DNA of 52,558 nucleotides from Mesotaenium endlicherianum (GCA_009602735.1 WELA01002708.1:248001-300558); one strand, 5' to 3'; positions 8,147-20,700 are shown, counted from the first letter of the stretch. Notes: generated by a model not told the origin, from the sequence alone. Translations and numbers: made by a program.

Positions 8147-11100
8147 ATGAGCGCTGTTCCGGTATTCAACCAGGTTAACTCTTCCGTATATGTGTTGTCA
8201 ACACTCGCAGATACCGGACTGGTCAATTATTGGGCAGGATACTTTGCATATCCACCTGGTAGCCTGGGCACCAGCGCCAGTACAAGTACAGTGTGGCAGA
8301 ACATCGGTGGCTTTTATTTATTCCTAGATCAAATACCTTCCGACTGGACAAAGTTCGCAGCAGATTTAACGGCACTCCGTCCAAATCTGGGTCCGCCTGA
8401 TATCGTTCGTTGTGTGTGGATCAGCAATGCAGGTCAGTCTTATTTGCAATGGCAGATCACTGTAGCTTTTGCAAAAGCTACCGGAACGGGTGTCAACATC
8501 AGTTGGCAATTGATGCGATCCGTAGCTTTTAACATCGGCGCTTACCAATTATCGCTGACAGGATTGAGTGCACTCACTTATATCACCGATGAGAACGGAG
8601 GCGGTATCGGCTTTCCTGGCGGGGTGTTCAATGGCCCGGAAGGGGGCTATACTTTTCCAACAGCACAGCTGTCATTCAGCGGAACAGCACTTGGTGCATT
8701 CAGCAGCAGTATGACTATTGCAGCGCCTTCCAGCCAGGACCAGTGTGATCTGTGGAAAGCACTCAACATTGGTTTGCAATATGCAGCGGCACCTACGCCT
8801 TCTGATGATGAACCAGTTCCTCCTGTTAATGGAGATGATCCCGACCCGGCAGCTATGGCCTATGCAACTGCAACAAAAATATTGTTCATGCCTGTGTTCG
8901 CAAGGCAAACAGCAACCCTTAACCTCGGCATCCTGTTCGATCCATTGCTGCCACTGGTGGCTTCCCGCACTTCATTCAGTTTATTTCCTGCGGGAACAAC
9001 GGCTTCACCTGTACAGGAGAGTTTCCTGAGAACCACCCGCGGATACACTATTCAGTTAACGCCACTCAAAGCGAATGGGGTACTCCCCGATGCACGTTTT
9101 GTATTCGGCTATTGCCCGGTACAGGAAAGCCTGTCAGAAGAAGGATATCGTTATCATTTAAGTCCCGATGGTGCATTCCAGGCAACCATCCTCACTCCTT
9201 CGCAAAAAAAGAGTAAGCGCAGCACAACTACACCCCTGCCCAATCAATTATTATTGGGTTTGTCCGGATTGGAATACGCAAGCCTCGATGGCGCCAGTTA
9301 CATGATCATATTCCAGGGAAACAAACCGGCATTCATTCCTTATGTTCCGCCATCGCAATCACAGGCACCCGATATATCTAAAGCACTGACAGGAGCGGCA
9401 ACTACTTCACACCTCACTGTTATGTCGCTCAACAACCAGGTGGTTAACCCTGTATATTATGCGCAACCGCGCGAAGCGCCGCTCTTTTCCGGTATCGATC
9501 ATCGTACCGACAATATCCTTGATTTCAATCCCATGCCTGCTTTTACCTTTCCTTATAATGTGCAACAGCAGCCAGTTGTATTTCCCGTAGGCATTTACAA
9601 AGGACTCAGCAGTGATGAGAATGCACTTGCACGTGAAATGGAAAATGCAAGCCTGGCCCCCTACCGTAATTATTTTATCAGTAAACAATATGGTGTAACA
9701 GCCCATGCCGCCAACGCGGAAAACTTCCCCGTACCCAAACGACGTTTACGCAGCGTGAATGATCCGCTGGGTGTGACGCCACAAGGACTCGTAGCTGAAC
9801 TGACGCCCGACTATAAAAATTTCGATGGTCTCATCATGGGTAATATGCCCGGCACTAATTATCCCAAAGTAGACTTCACAGCTGTAGAAGGCATGTTCAA
9901 GCAAGCTTTGCAGAACAATCAATTGTTTTTTGTAGCAACCAACGCAGGCGTGCTTATGAGTGGCACTTCGGTACGGTACCAGCTGACAGAAAAAGACAAA
10001 CCCTTTCTGCTGGCGATGGGGGTAACGCAGGCTGTTATTGATGCCGTATACCTGGCTGTAAGCAGGGCCACACAGCCGTTTGATACGGAGGAGTTATTTG
10101 TAAACTGTATCCGTACTGCTGCGGGTAATGATCTCGGTTCTTTTCTCAAAGTAGCCGGCATACTCAAAGTGGAAATGGATGGATGGACTTTCCAGTTGTC
10201 GCCGCGCACCTGGCGTACCGATGCGGAGAGTCCAACACTCCTGGTTGCCAAATTCTGCAACCGCTCACTGAGAGACCTGGCCAATGATACCAGTAGCTGG
10301 TATTGGCCCGAAGTAGCTACACCTCAGAATGGAACGCTGACTCAAACACAAACAGTATTATTAAATATTTGTAAGGCGGCCGCTGCACCCGATGCAGCCA
10401 AACCCCTGCGCATTTTTTACGATACGGTGCTCAACGACAAAAACTGGAACGGCTTCTTGTTTCTGAATGCTCCGGTGGATATTTCAGAGATGCCCGATGA
10501 CCTGAAATTCTTAACAGCAGGTATTGACCTTACCAAATTCTGTGCACATCATATCGGTTTCTCACAAACGCCCTTCAATGTGCTGAATGGTGTTCCCCAG
10601 TTGCAACAGACGGCGGCATTCGGACTGATCAATTACGAAGACCCCATGGATCTCTACGCGGAACAGAGCATTCCATTTGGTTTTAAAACAACAAGGCTGC
10701 GGGTGCGTTTTGCCAATGCGGCCCTCGTAGATTTCTCGGCCGAAGTAGAACTCATGCTTAACAGCCTGTTAGGATCTTCATTAACCAAGCAAATAGCAGC
10801 ACGCGGAAATAACCTGATCATTGAAGGCTCTTACCAGCGTGTGGGCGGCGCACCCTGCTATGCATTTGCACTGAATGGGGAAAATATTTTCAACGCCAAC
10901 GATACGGTGCTTACAGACATCGAAGTATTATCGGTACAGGTGGTTAATGGTGGAATTACCAATTCTGTAAACGTGCTCACCAATTTTATATTGATGGGGA
11001 ATTTCAGGTTCCTGCGTATAGAAGCATTCGATCTGTTCTCTTTTGGTCCGGGCGAAGATACCGACGACAGGTTCCTGCGATACAATGGACTTGGTATTAA

Positions 11101-11851
11101 CATGCAATTCTCACTGGCTACACCGAAACAACAAATCTTTACGGTAAAAGAATCCAATACTGCATTCGACATGGTGGCCAGTCATCAACGGACATCCTCA
11201 CTGATGAATAATTTCCCATTAGCCATCAGCGGATTGGTTGCCAGCCCCAATCTTGCAGCGGAAGGCGAAAAGCCAAGTGGACAAACACCGGAAGACATGG
11301 GTTATACTTCTGTTGCAGCGCCACTGGAGCAAACACCGATGGTGCCTGGCTGGTATGGGCTGGTACTGACGCTGGACCTGGGAACATTCGGCGCATTGAC
11401 TGGTAGTGTAAGCTTTAAAATTTCTATCCTCGCCGCCTGGAGGAAAGGTGATTCGCAAACGAATGTACCAGTTTATCTGGGGTTGAAATTACCAGGTATA
11501 CCGGTGCTGGGCGGAAGTTTTCCTTTACAGGGCGTGTTGAAGATCGGTTTCCGGAATTTTCAATTCGAAACTTATACTACCGCACAAAACGAGCTCGGGT
11601 ACCTGTTACGGCTTCGGCGTTTTTCATTATCTGTGCTGGTATGGAGTTTCCCTCCCGGCAATAACAACATCATTTTATTCGGACAGCCGCGAAACCCGAA
11701 AGGTTCATTGGGTTGGTATGCAGCGTACAGTGATGACAAAGACGATACACAGGCAAAGACAGATCCATTATTATTAGAAAATACAACGCCACTACCGGAT
11801 CATGTGCAGCGGCGTTTAAAATCGGGCAGGCGTACGCCACCCATCGGGTAA
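8147..11851 (+). CDS. Large hypothetical protein (1234 aa) with a beta-strand-rich C-terminal part
   Basis: Long ORF starting 7 nt after the upstream stop; no recognisable catalytic motif or signal peptide. Confidence 0.8.
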   Translation: MSAVPVFNQVNSSVYVLSTLADTGLVNYWAGYFAYPPGSLGTSASTSTVWQNIGGFYLFLDQIPSDWTKFAADLTALRPNLGPPDIVRCVWISNAGQSYLQWQITVAFAKATGTGVNISWQLMRSVAFNIGAYQLSLTGLSALTYITDENGGGIGFPGGVFNGPEGGYTFPTAQLSFSGTALGAFSSSMTIAAPSSQDQCDLWKALNIGLQYAAAPTPSDDEPVPPVNGDDPDPAAMAYATATKILFMPVFARQTATLNLGILFDPLLPLVASRTSFSLFPAGTTASPVQESFLRTTRGYTIQLTPLKANGVLPDARFVFGYCPVQESLSEEGYRYHLSPDGAFQATILTPSQKKSKRSTTTPLPNQLLLGLSGLEYASLDGASYMIIFQGNKPAFIPYVPPSQSQAPDISKALTGAATTSHLTVMSLNNQVVNPVYYAQPREAPLFSGIDHRTDNILDFNPMPAFTFPYNVQQQPVVFPVGIYKGLSSDENALAREMENASLAPYRNYFISKQYGVTAHAANAENFPVPKRRLRSVNDPLGVTPQGLVAELTPDYKNFDGLIMGNMPGTNYPKVDFTAVEGMFKQALQNNQLFFVATNAGVLMSGTSVRYQLTEKDKPFLLAMGVTQAVIDAVYLAVSRATQPFDTEELFVNCIRTAAGNDLGSFLKVAGILKVEMDGWTFQLSPRTWRTDAESPTLLVAKFCNRSLRDLANDTSSWYWPEVATPQNGTLTQTQTVLLNICKAAAAPDAAKPLRIFYDTVLNDKNWNGFLFLNAPVDISEMPDDLKFLTAGIDLTKFCAHHIGFSQTPFNVLNGVPQLQQTAAFGLINYEDPMDLYAEQSIPFGFKTTRLRVRFANAALVDFSAEVELMLNSLLGSSLTKQIAARGNNLIIEGSYQRVGGAPCYAFALNGENIFNANDTVLTDIEVLSVQVVNGGITNSVNVLTNFILMGNFRFLRIEAFDLFSFGPGEDTDDRFLRYNGLGINMQFSLATPKQQIFTVKESNTAFDMVASHQRTSSLMNNFPLAISGLVASPNLAAEGEKPSGQTPEDMGYTSVAAPLEQTPMVPGWYGLVLTLDLGTFGALTGSVSFKISILAAWRKGDSQTNVPVYLGLKLPGIPVLGGSFPLQGVLKIGFRNFQFETYTTAQNELGYLLRLRRFSLSVLVWSFPPGNNNIILFGQPRNPKGSLGWYAAYSDDKDDTQAKTDPLLLENTTPLPDHVQRRLKSGRRTPPIG

Positions 11852-11867
11852 TATAAAAGCATACAAT

Positions 11868-13253
11868 ATGGCAACAGGTGTTGTAAAAGTAACCGTAGTA
11901 GACGTTGGACAGGGGCAATGTACGTTCGTGGAAATTTATAACACGGACAGCACCCCTAAACTCATTCATGCACTTCTTTTCGATTGTGGAAGTGATAAAA
12001 AAAGCGATGAAACTTCAACCAACCTCCAATATATTGCTACCAAGGTAGCAGGTATGGATACACCTGCCTTTGATACCATTTTTTTCTCCCATAGTGATAA
12101 AGACCACATTAGCCTCACCTATGATCTCCTGCAGGAATTCCCTTCTTCGAAAAAACCAACCGTAAAACAGGTTTGGTATGGAGGCGCCCGCAGCAGGTAT
12201 ACCAAATACGATTTCAACATCCTGGATTACCTTGAAGAAGAAGGATATTGCACAAAATCCAATCTCAAAACAACAGGAAGTAATTACACCGGATACGACA
12301 CAACTTCTAAAAGTTTCACTCAATATCTCTGGAGAAGCGCCGATAATTCGGTTGCAGTATATGCAATCGTTTCTAATGTATTGTCGGATGATCCTGACTG
12401 GGACGAAAATGACCTGGATGTAGAAGGAAAAACCGCAGAAGCATTGAACCGGGTATCCATGGTCTGCTGGCTTTCTTATGCAGGTGCTTCTTATGTAATC
12501 TGTGGTGATGCTACTAATAAAACGATGGGGGCCATAAACACTCGGTTTACTGCCGGCACTACCGTATTTAATAAAAATAACATGACAACACTGCCCCACC
12601 ACGGAAGCCGGGCCACGGGGTTTGCAGTGAAATCATCAGAAGTTGCAAGCAGTACAGCCAAACAGGTGGTAAGCGATTTTGCAGGACTTCTTAAGTCGAA
12701 GACCCTGACAATAAGTTCTTTTGAAAAACACCGGCACCCTTCCCTGGAGTTGATGAATGCATTTCCGCCTACCATTACTACTCCTTTTGTAAGAGATCCC
12801 AGGCTTAAGGAAACAAATGCCCACAGACTGATAGGCAATGTCGATATCGCATTAACACAGCCCAAAGGATGGAGTCTCCTGAAAACATATTACTCTTTCG
12901 ATACTACTTCCTGTATGTTCAGCACCAGGTATTCCCAGTTAATGACATGGTTTTCCTACAACCTGGGAGCTTCGTCAGTGGCCGTAGCAAAAGGTCCCAC
13001 ATCATCATCAGTAGCTATCAATGCATTTGCCTGCTGGCAGTATGAAACACAAACAAATGGGAACTTCCTCTTAGGTGGTTATGCCAATCTTGCATTGCCA
13101 CTTGTGCTGTTTACAGCAGGAACCACATCTATGGTTGCATCACAACCCAATCCCGCCATCGCATCCGTCCGGGTAAAAGATCAATCGAAAAAAGTACGGC
13201 AGCCTGCTCATACGCAATCGCAATTTTATGATCAGTTAAAACAGTTTCGTTGA
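11868..13253 (+). CDS. ComEC/Rec2-type metallo-beta-lactamase-fold hydrolase, paralog 1
   Basis: DVGQG, LLFDCGS, SHSDKDH, CGDA, PHHGS and HRHP motifs; no membrane competence domain. Confidence 0.85.
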   Translation: MATGVVKVTVVDVGQGQCTFVEIYNTDSTPKLIHALLFDCGSDKKSDETSTNLQYIATKVAGMDTPAFDTIFFSHSDKDHISLTYDLLQEFPSSKKPTVKQVWYGGARSRYTKYDFNILDYLEEEGYCTKSNLKTTGSNYTGYDTTSKSFTQYLWRSADNSVAVYAIVSNVLSDDPDWDENDLDVEGKTAEALNRVSMVCWLSYAGASYVICGDATNKTMGAINTRFTAGTTVFNKNNMTTLPHHGSRATGFAVKSSEVASSTAKQVVSDFAGLLKSKTLTISSFEKHRHPSLELMNAFPPTITTPFVRDPRLKETNAHRLIGNVDIALTQPKGWSLLKTYYSFDTTSCMFSTRYSQLMTWFSYNLGASSVAVAKGPTSSSVAINAFACWQYETQTNGNFLLGGYANLALPLVLFTAGTTSMVASQPNPAIASVRVKDQSKKVRQPAHTQSQFYDQLKQFR

Positions 13254-13311
13254 AAAAAGATTCGTTCATACATGCAAGACAATATATAACCAATTTAAAC
13301 CAACAGGGTAT

Positions 13312-14739
13312 ATGGCAACAGGCATTGTAGTAATAAGCGTATTAGATGTAGGACAGGGACAATGTACGTTTGTAGAGATCTATAATACGGCGAGCACCCC
13401 TAAAATCATTCATACGCTTCTTTTCGATTGCGGAAGTGATAAACAAAGTAGTGAAACGCAAACAAACCTCCAATATATTGCTACCAAGGTAGCAAGTATG
13501 GATACCCCTGCCTTTGACACTATTTTTTTCTCCCATAGCGATAAAGACCATATCAGCCTCACCTATGACCTCTTGCAGAAATTCCCTTCTTCAAAAAAAC
13601 CAACTGTAAAACAGGTTTGGTACGGAGGAGCCCGCGAAAAGTACACCAAGTCTGGCTTTAATATTCTGAATTACCTTGAAACGAAAGGATATTGCACATC
13701 TTCCAATATCAAAACAACAGGAAGCAATTACACCGGCTACAATACAACTTCTAAAAGTTTCACAGAATATCTCTGGAAAAGCACTGATAATTCGGTTAAG
13801 GTATATGCGATCGCTTCCAACGTATTGTCAGATGATCCTGATTGGGATGATAATGACTTGAGTGTAGAAGGGAAAACAGCAGAGGCACTGAACCGCGTAT
13901 CCATGGTCTGCTGGCTTTCCTATGCAGGCTCTTCTTATGTGATCTGCGGCGATGCCACCAATAAAACAATGGGTGCCATAAATAATCTGTTTACCGGTGG
14001 CACCCCCGTATTTAATCAAAATCTGATGACAACATTGCCCCACCACGGTAGCCGGGCCACAGGGTTTGCAGTCAGCTCATCAGCAACAGCAAGCCTTACA
14101 GCTATATTAGTAGTAAGCTCATTCTCTGCTCTGTTAAAATCTAAAACAATAACTGTCAGCGCCTACCAAAAGCACCGGCATCCATCATTGCAGTTAATGA
14201 GTTATTTTATCCCTACTATAACTACCCCAATCATAAAAGACCCCCGATTAAAAGAAAAAAACTCGCATCGGATTACGGCTTATCTCGACATCAATGTGGG
14301 AACGGGCACAGGCATGTTCCTCGTCAGAAATCTACCTTATTCATTTGAAACATTAATCAATACTTTAACAACGCGGTATTTCGACGGATTTCCCACATTC
14401 TCTTATAACATTGGTCTCTTTACTACAGCTAAGCCATCTCAGGGACTGGTAACCTCAACTACCGTAATCAATGGTTTTGCATGCTGGCAGTTTGAAACAC
14501 AAACAAATGGGGACTTTCTTTTAGGGGGTTATGCCAATCTTGCATTACCACTTGTGCTGTTTACAACAGGAGCCACATCTTCGGTCGCATCGAAATCCGG
14601 TACGACCGACTTGTTGGAAGCAATTACAGTAACAAATCCGCCCATCGCAACTGTTAGGATAAAAGACCAACCACAAAAAATATGGCAACCTTCACAAAGG
14701 CTATCGCAATTCCATAACCATTTAACACAGTTTCGTTGA
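13312..14739 (+). CDS. ComEC/Rec2-type metallo-beta-lactamase-fold hydrolase, paralog 2
   Basis: Same motifs as paralog 1, with long shared nucleotide tracts (e.g. aacctccaatatattgctaccaaggtagca in both), indicating tandem duplication. Confidence 0.85.
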   Translation: MATGIVVISVLDVGQGQCTFVEIYNTASTPKIIHTLLFDCGSDKQSSETQTNLQYIATKVASMDTPAFDTIFFSHSDKDHISLTYDLLQKFPSSKKPTVKQVWYGGAREKYTKSGFNILNYLETKGYCTSSNIKTTGSNYTGYNTTSKSFTEYLWKSTDNSVKVYAIASNVLSDDPDWDDNDLSVEGKTAEALNRVSMVCWLSYAGSSYVICGDATNKTMGAINNLFTGGTPVFNQNLMTTLPHHGSRATGFAVSSSATASLTAILVVSSFSALLKSKTITVSAYQKHRHPSLQLMSYFIPTITTPIIKDPRLKEKNSHRITAYLDINVGTGTGMFLVRNLPYSFETLINTLTTRYFDGFPTFSYNIGLFTTAKPSQGLVTSTTVINGFACWQFETQTNGDFLLGGYANLALPLVLFTTGATSSVASKSGTTDLLEAITVTNPPIATVRIKDQPQKIWQPSQRLSQFHNHLTQFR

Positions 14740-14752
14740 AAACGGCTAAATC

Positions 14753-17700
14753 ATGAGTTCAGCAAATGTATATACAGCGCTCAATAGTTATATTCAAAAC
14801 AACTCTATTGATTTATGGGCTGCAGCCAACGGCTCGCCCGACCTGGCAGGCATGCTGCCGGTATTGGGGCTATTCAACATCAACGCGGCTTATACACTTA
14901 CATTTGTTGTCTTAACGCAAAGTCCCAGTGGTGCAAGCGTTCGCCTCACGGGAAGCGGTTCTTTCAATGGTGCAAACCCATATACGGCAAATGCAACCCT
15001 GCAATATATACAGGAGGGAAATGTTTTTTCATTGGAACTGGCCATCACTACAGACTGGATTATTTCCAATTTCTTTTCTTCATTGCCCGATACGCTGATG
15101 CAGGTGCCAACGATTCAGCAAGGTATTTTATGGTATCCTTCTGTACTGAATGGCATGACAATACGAACGGCTGTTTTCTCAGGAAAAACAGGGGAAACTA
15201 AATTAACGCTCACCGGTTTCTTATTACAGCCTAATAATCCGAATCTTTTAAACAGGACCCCGATGGTCGGACCCTGGCCGCTTCGTTTATCAGGGTCAGT
15301 AGAAATGCCCACCAGTACCCGCAGTTATCCATTGATCAACCTCGATGCAAGGGGAAATGATACCATTATCAACGTTGCAAAAGAGCAAGGGATCAGCGGT
15401 CCGGATGCTATGGGCCTCTCTAATCCCGGTCTTACACTACTGGTACAACCACTGAAACCACAGCAGCCTAACAGGATCGCTTTTTCAACCATCGAGTTAT
15501 TTGCCGATTTTGCCCTGGGTGAGATCAAAGGCCGTATTGCCACCCTGGTTCTTTCGAATGATGACGTGTGGAATTTTACTGTCCGCTTCAAGAAAAACGT
15601 ATTTACATTGAGACAGGGCCTTGCGCAGCTTACCCGCATTTTTGGCGTGGAACTGCCCATCCCTATGAACTTCCCCGTACTCACTGATTTTTATGTTGGG
15701 GAAATCGATATGGATCTTCAGAATACAGGTTCTAATGCAATCCCTTCCTTCTCTTTGTTGAATCTGGCTGTTACCATACGCTCAGAAAAAACATGGGACC
15801 CTCCTATTCCTTTTGTTACGATTGACAAAGTTGGCACACGATGGGTATGGGGGTGGTCGATGGTGAACGGGGAGGGCGGGCCAGAAAAAAGATACACACT
15901 CACCGGTTCTGTATTTGGCACCATCAATTTCGGCGGCAGTAACGGGCAAACAGAATTATTGCCTGCTCCACCTCCGCCGGACGATGCACCGGATGACGGT
16001 AGCCAGGCAGTTGCTGTAAACGGCAACCCGGTATCGCTCAATGTAAACATGTCGTTGCCCAATTTTATCATCTCCGGCTCTCTTGCAGATGGTAGTTATA
16101 TCCCCATCGGCAAAGCATTGAATTTTTTCTTTAAGAATGATGGGCCTCCTACCGGACCACAAACAATGAATGTTACTCGGTTAAGGTTCTCCGCAGATCC
16201 CATCGGCCAGAATTATTTTGCAGAAGCCGCCATACTTTTTGGTGACCCGGTAAACCCAGACCCGCAACAGGGATGGGAGATCGATCTCTATGTCATTACC
16301 ATTATTCTCAATCAGCTCGAATTCAATATTGCCGTGAATGATGGTAAAGTATCGGGCGGGATCAGCGGCACTTTTTTCCTGGACCAGGGTGACCCCAGCG
16401 ACTACAAAATGCCGCGGATCATGATCAGCGCGGAATATCCGCCGCAACAGCCCGATGCACCGGAAGGATGGACACTCAGCGGTCATCTATACCCCGGCAC
16501 ATCCATCAGCGTTACAAAACTGGTTTATAAATTTATTTATGGCGGAGGTACAACCCATCCACCCCGCTGGGTTCCGGATATTCTCATCGACCGCCTTGAT
16601 GTTGTTTTCACCACTGGTTCCAAAACACCAACCAGAGAAGTAAAAGCATCTTACACTTTCGGCGGCACCATTTCCGTTCGCTGGGAGCCCAATATTTTCA
16701 ATACCCCGCTAAAGATCAACGCTTCAGCCAGCATTGACCTGGCAAAACCTGCTACAACAGATACACCCAGCGGCAAGCTAACAGGTACTTTCAGTGTCAA
16801 CAAGATCCAGCTCACTGCAAGTCTTACTTTCGGTGTTCCGGAACCTACTTATCTTTTCAAAGTACAGTTCGACCAGCTTTGGCTGCAGGCCACCACATCG
16901 TGGCGGGGCGAACAGAACAACCGCCACCAGGTTGTTTCATTGCAGTTAGGCGGTGTTACACTGGGTGATATACTGGAATACCTGGTGAACCTTGCTGCAC
17001 CTACCATTGGCTTCAAGCTCGATTCGCCCTGGGATGTATTAAAGAAAGTGGACCTCTCCCGTTTTGTGCTGACCATTGATCCGAAAGAAAATATCGTTGA
17101 ATTTGTATTCAATGCCAATGTTGACCTGGTGATTGCACAACTCGATTCAATTGGTGTGCGGTACAGTAAAAAAAGCGGCGACGGGAAAGTAGACCTGATC
17201 CTCACCGGCAGTTTCCTCGGACAGCAATACACCAACGATAAGCCATTAAGCTGGGATGTGGTCAATGATCCGCCTCCCGCTGTTCCTGGGAAAGGACCAA
17301 GCCTGGTCAACCTTCGTTACCTGGGTCTGGGCCAGAGGGTAACATTCAGCGGTATTACCCCCAGTACCGTTGCGGATAGTATTAAGAAGCTGAAGCAGGA
17401 CATGAAGAAGCCGCCGGACGATGGTAATCCATTGCCCAGCACTATGTTGTATGCTGCCAATAGCCAATGGCTGATCGGACTGGATATACAACTGATGGAG
17501 ACTCTTGATCTCGCGATCATCTTCAACGACCCCAAACTATATGGCTTATCCATTGCATTGAGCGGTGAACGTGCCGGACCATTGGCCGGCCTGCGTTTTG
17601 AAATACTCTATAAAAAGATCACCGATGAAATAGGCATGTACCGCATTGAGTTCCAGGTACCCGATATGTTCCGCACCATCCAGTTGGGCGCGGTTTCTAT

Positions 17701-20700
17701 CACACTGGGCATCATCGTAATTGAAATTTATACCAACGGTAATTTCAAAGTAGACCTTGGCTTCCCGTATAACCGCAACTTCGACCGTTCCTTCAGTTTG
17801 CAGGCTACCATCTTTATTGGCCGTGGTGGTTTTTACCTCGGCGTATTGAATGGCGATACTTCCACGCAGGTACCACGTATTTCCAACGGTAATTTCTCAC
17901 CTGTTATAGAACTGGGCATCGGCATCTCAGCAGGTGTGGGAAGAGAGATACGCGCCGGCATTCTTGCAGGCGGCGCTTTTGTAGAGCTGCAGGTCATATT
18001 CCAGGGCGTGCTCGCCTGGTTCAATCCCAACAGCAGCGGCGCTGCTCCCGCCAAATTTTTCAAATGCCAGGGCGTGGCCGCCATTCATGGAAAAATATAT
18101 GGCTCGGTAGATTTTGTAGTGGTCAAAGTATCCATTACCCTCGAAGCCTATGCACAGGTGAGCATTATCTATGAATGTTATCAACCTATGCTCATTGAAC
18201 TGGAAGTGGATGTAAGCGCCGAAGCATCGATCAAAATATTATTCGTCAGAATTTATTTTTCATTTGGCGTACACCTAAGCCTCGATTTCACCGTTGGCTC
18301 CGCCGAACCCACGCCCTGGATACTCAGCAACAACAGCAGTGGCGGCAGGTCCTCTGCTGCACTGGCAACTACCAGCCATCACCTGCTGAACCCCAGGCGT
18401 CCTGTTGCGTTGAGAACCAACAAGCACCGGCGTTTGCAAGTGCTTCGTGAAGCGCATGTAATGACCATGGGGTTGCAGGGTACGGCTGCTTTGCAGGAAT
18501 ACAACCTGGTATGGCATCCCACCAATAAAGTTTTCCCTGACTCACCACGCAATGCACACCTTACCTTATTGCCGGTATTCACCATTAATAGTGTACCGGT
18601 TAACTGGGATGGAACAACACCGGTAAACAGCAACCCCAATTACCGAAGCGCTTTTGTTCTTTTTGCAGACACCGGCATGTCCACCTCAGCCGTAACAGCG
18701 GCTGACTGCGCCATACGCAGTGCGGCCCACAGCGCCATGACGGTAAGCGATACCGATACCAGTTTGCTCGCTGCCGATATCCTCACACAAGGCTTGCTTT
18801 TATATGCCATCCAGGCATTCCCGCGCGACCCTGCAGAAGGCAACAATATTACGGCCTGGCAGATCACGTCCTTACTGGATCAGCTCAATATGCCCGATAC
18901 CATGTCGGGCGGACTATCTATCGACAACCTTAAAACATTCTTCACAACCAATATCAATCTCTGGATCAGTGGCGATATTACACCCCGTCCTGATGACAAA
19001 TCTGCCATGGTATTGCCACTCCCTCCATTTGTGGGATGGACATCTCCGCAGGGTGGCACGATTGATTTCAGCACTAAGAATAAGATCGGTCCTTGGTATG
19101 AATGGGGTATCTCACAATTACTGGGTAGTTATTTCCCGGTAGGTGGAGACAACAGTAAGAAGCCGGCGCAGGACGATCCCTCCACTTACGAATCCTTCAC
19201 CAGTTTCATGTTCCGCGACTTTTGCCTCATCCTTATGCAGAACGGTATTAAGGAGATGCAGAAGCAGATGAATAATACCACGGTTACCGTAACGACTGTG
19301 AGCAGTGTAGTGCAAAACCTGGAACAAGTAGCAAAGACACTGCCCAATGCCAGCGTGCCATACAGGATCTGTTCGGGAGACACAGTTGAAAGCGTAGCGG
19401 AAAGCCTGGGTGCAACGGTTGAAGAGCTTACATTCCTGAACGATCACCTGCAAAGCGACCTTGAAACATTACCCGTTGGCACACCCCTTACCATTAAGCT
19501 GGGCGTTCCGCCCGAAGTATTGGCTATGGACAACGCCGGTATTTCGTTTGCCGTGACTCAATGTACATTAGGCACACTGGTTCACCAGGCCGCTCAAAAC
19601 GATACCCTGCAAAATATTGCCAGCCTCTTCAATGTAGCAAGCGTTGCCACTTTACTCGCCTACCAGGATAAAGCCTACCCCGTACTTTCTTCCGGTCCCA
19701 ATATCCTGGCCCCTGGAAACAGTTTCGATCTGCCTCAGCAAACATTTGTCAATGCACCTGCCGATTTTGTTCAGCTGCGTGTCGCAGGTGTTTTCTTTGC
19801 ACGTTACCTTGATGCATCCATATTGAAAGACACGGCTCTTCCTGATATGGCCAACTGGTATGTGCAGGCCATTGCCGAGGTGAACCAGGACCTGTTGAAA
19901 CAATTGTTCCCCGAGCAAAAGATCCCTTCGGTCATTGAATTACCACCGGGTCAGGTTTTATCGGTACCGAATGCCTATCAGAATGCCTACAATATACTCG
20001 CTAATCGTAACAATTATACCACTGTTGCAGGCGATACACTTTATCGCATCGGGCTGGCGCTCGTATTCCAGCAGGATTTCGGAACTACTACCCCACCAGG
20101 TATTACACAGTGGCCTACATTCCGGGCAGGCGTTACATCCACCGGCACACAAAGCTGGTCTATCCCCGCATGGCAAGGAATGATCATTGAATCCGGAACA
20201 AACATTGAATCGCTGGTACGCCGGTTGATTGTAAACGCAAGCTGGATAAGCATTATACCGGTGCAACCTTCAAAAGGCACATGGTCATACGACTGGGATA
20301 AAGTGGCCGTATGGTTATCGACAGCAAAAATCATTGCACCGCTCGCCAGCATCACCGTACCCAATGCAACAGTAGTTTCAACCACCCCGCTCAGCTTCAG
20401 CATACTTTCGACAAAATATGGACTTACTGTTACCGACGCAGCCACGCGTCTTAAAAAATTAAACGGTCTCTATGCCAGTGGCACCGTGCTGAAAGTGAAA
20501 TTATTACCGGCGCAGGATATCACCGTTCTGGTGAATGCAGTACTGCAAGGCGATAGTTTTACATCCATCGTGAACCAGTCCTCACGAATGTTGCTCTCAG
20601 GATTACGTCTGCCATCACTGACAACGGATGGAGGCGGACATACGGTGCCTGATCCTGCCCATCCTTCTCCACTGTATGATCTTACTGGTCAGCAGTTCAA

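Noticed and set aside
11868..14739. comEC competence genes or antibiotic-resistance beta-lactamases
   Set aside because: No multi-TM competence domain and no signal peptide. The motif set (DVGQG, HxDxDH, PHHGS) is ComEC-like, not the HxHxD class B beta-lactamase type.
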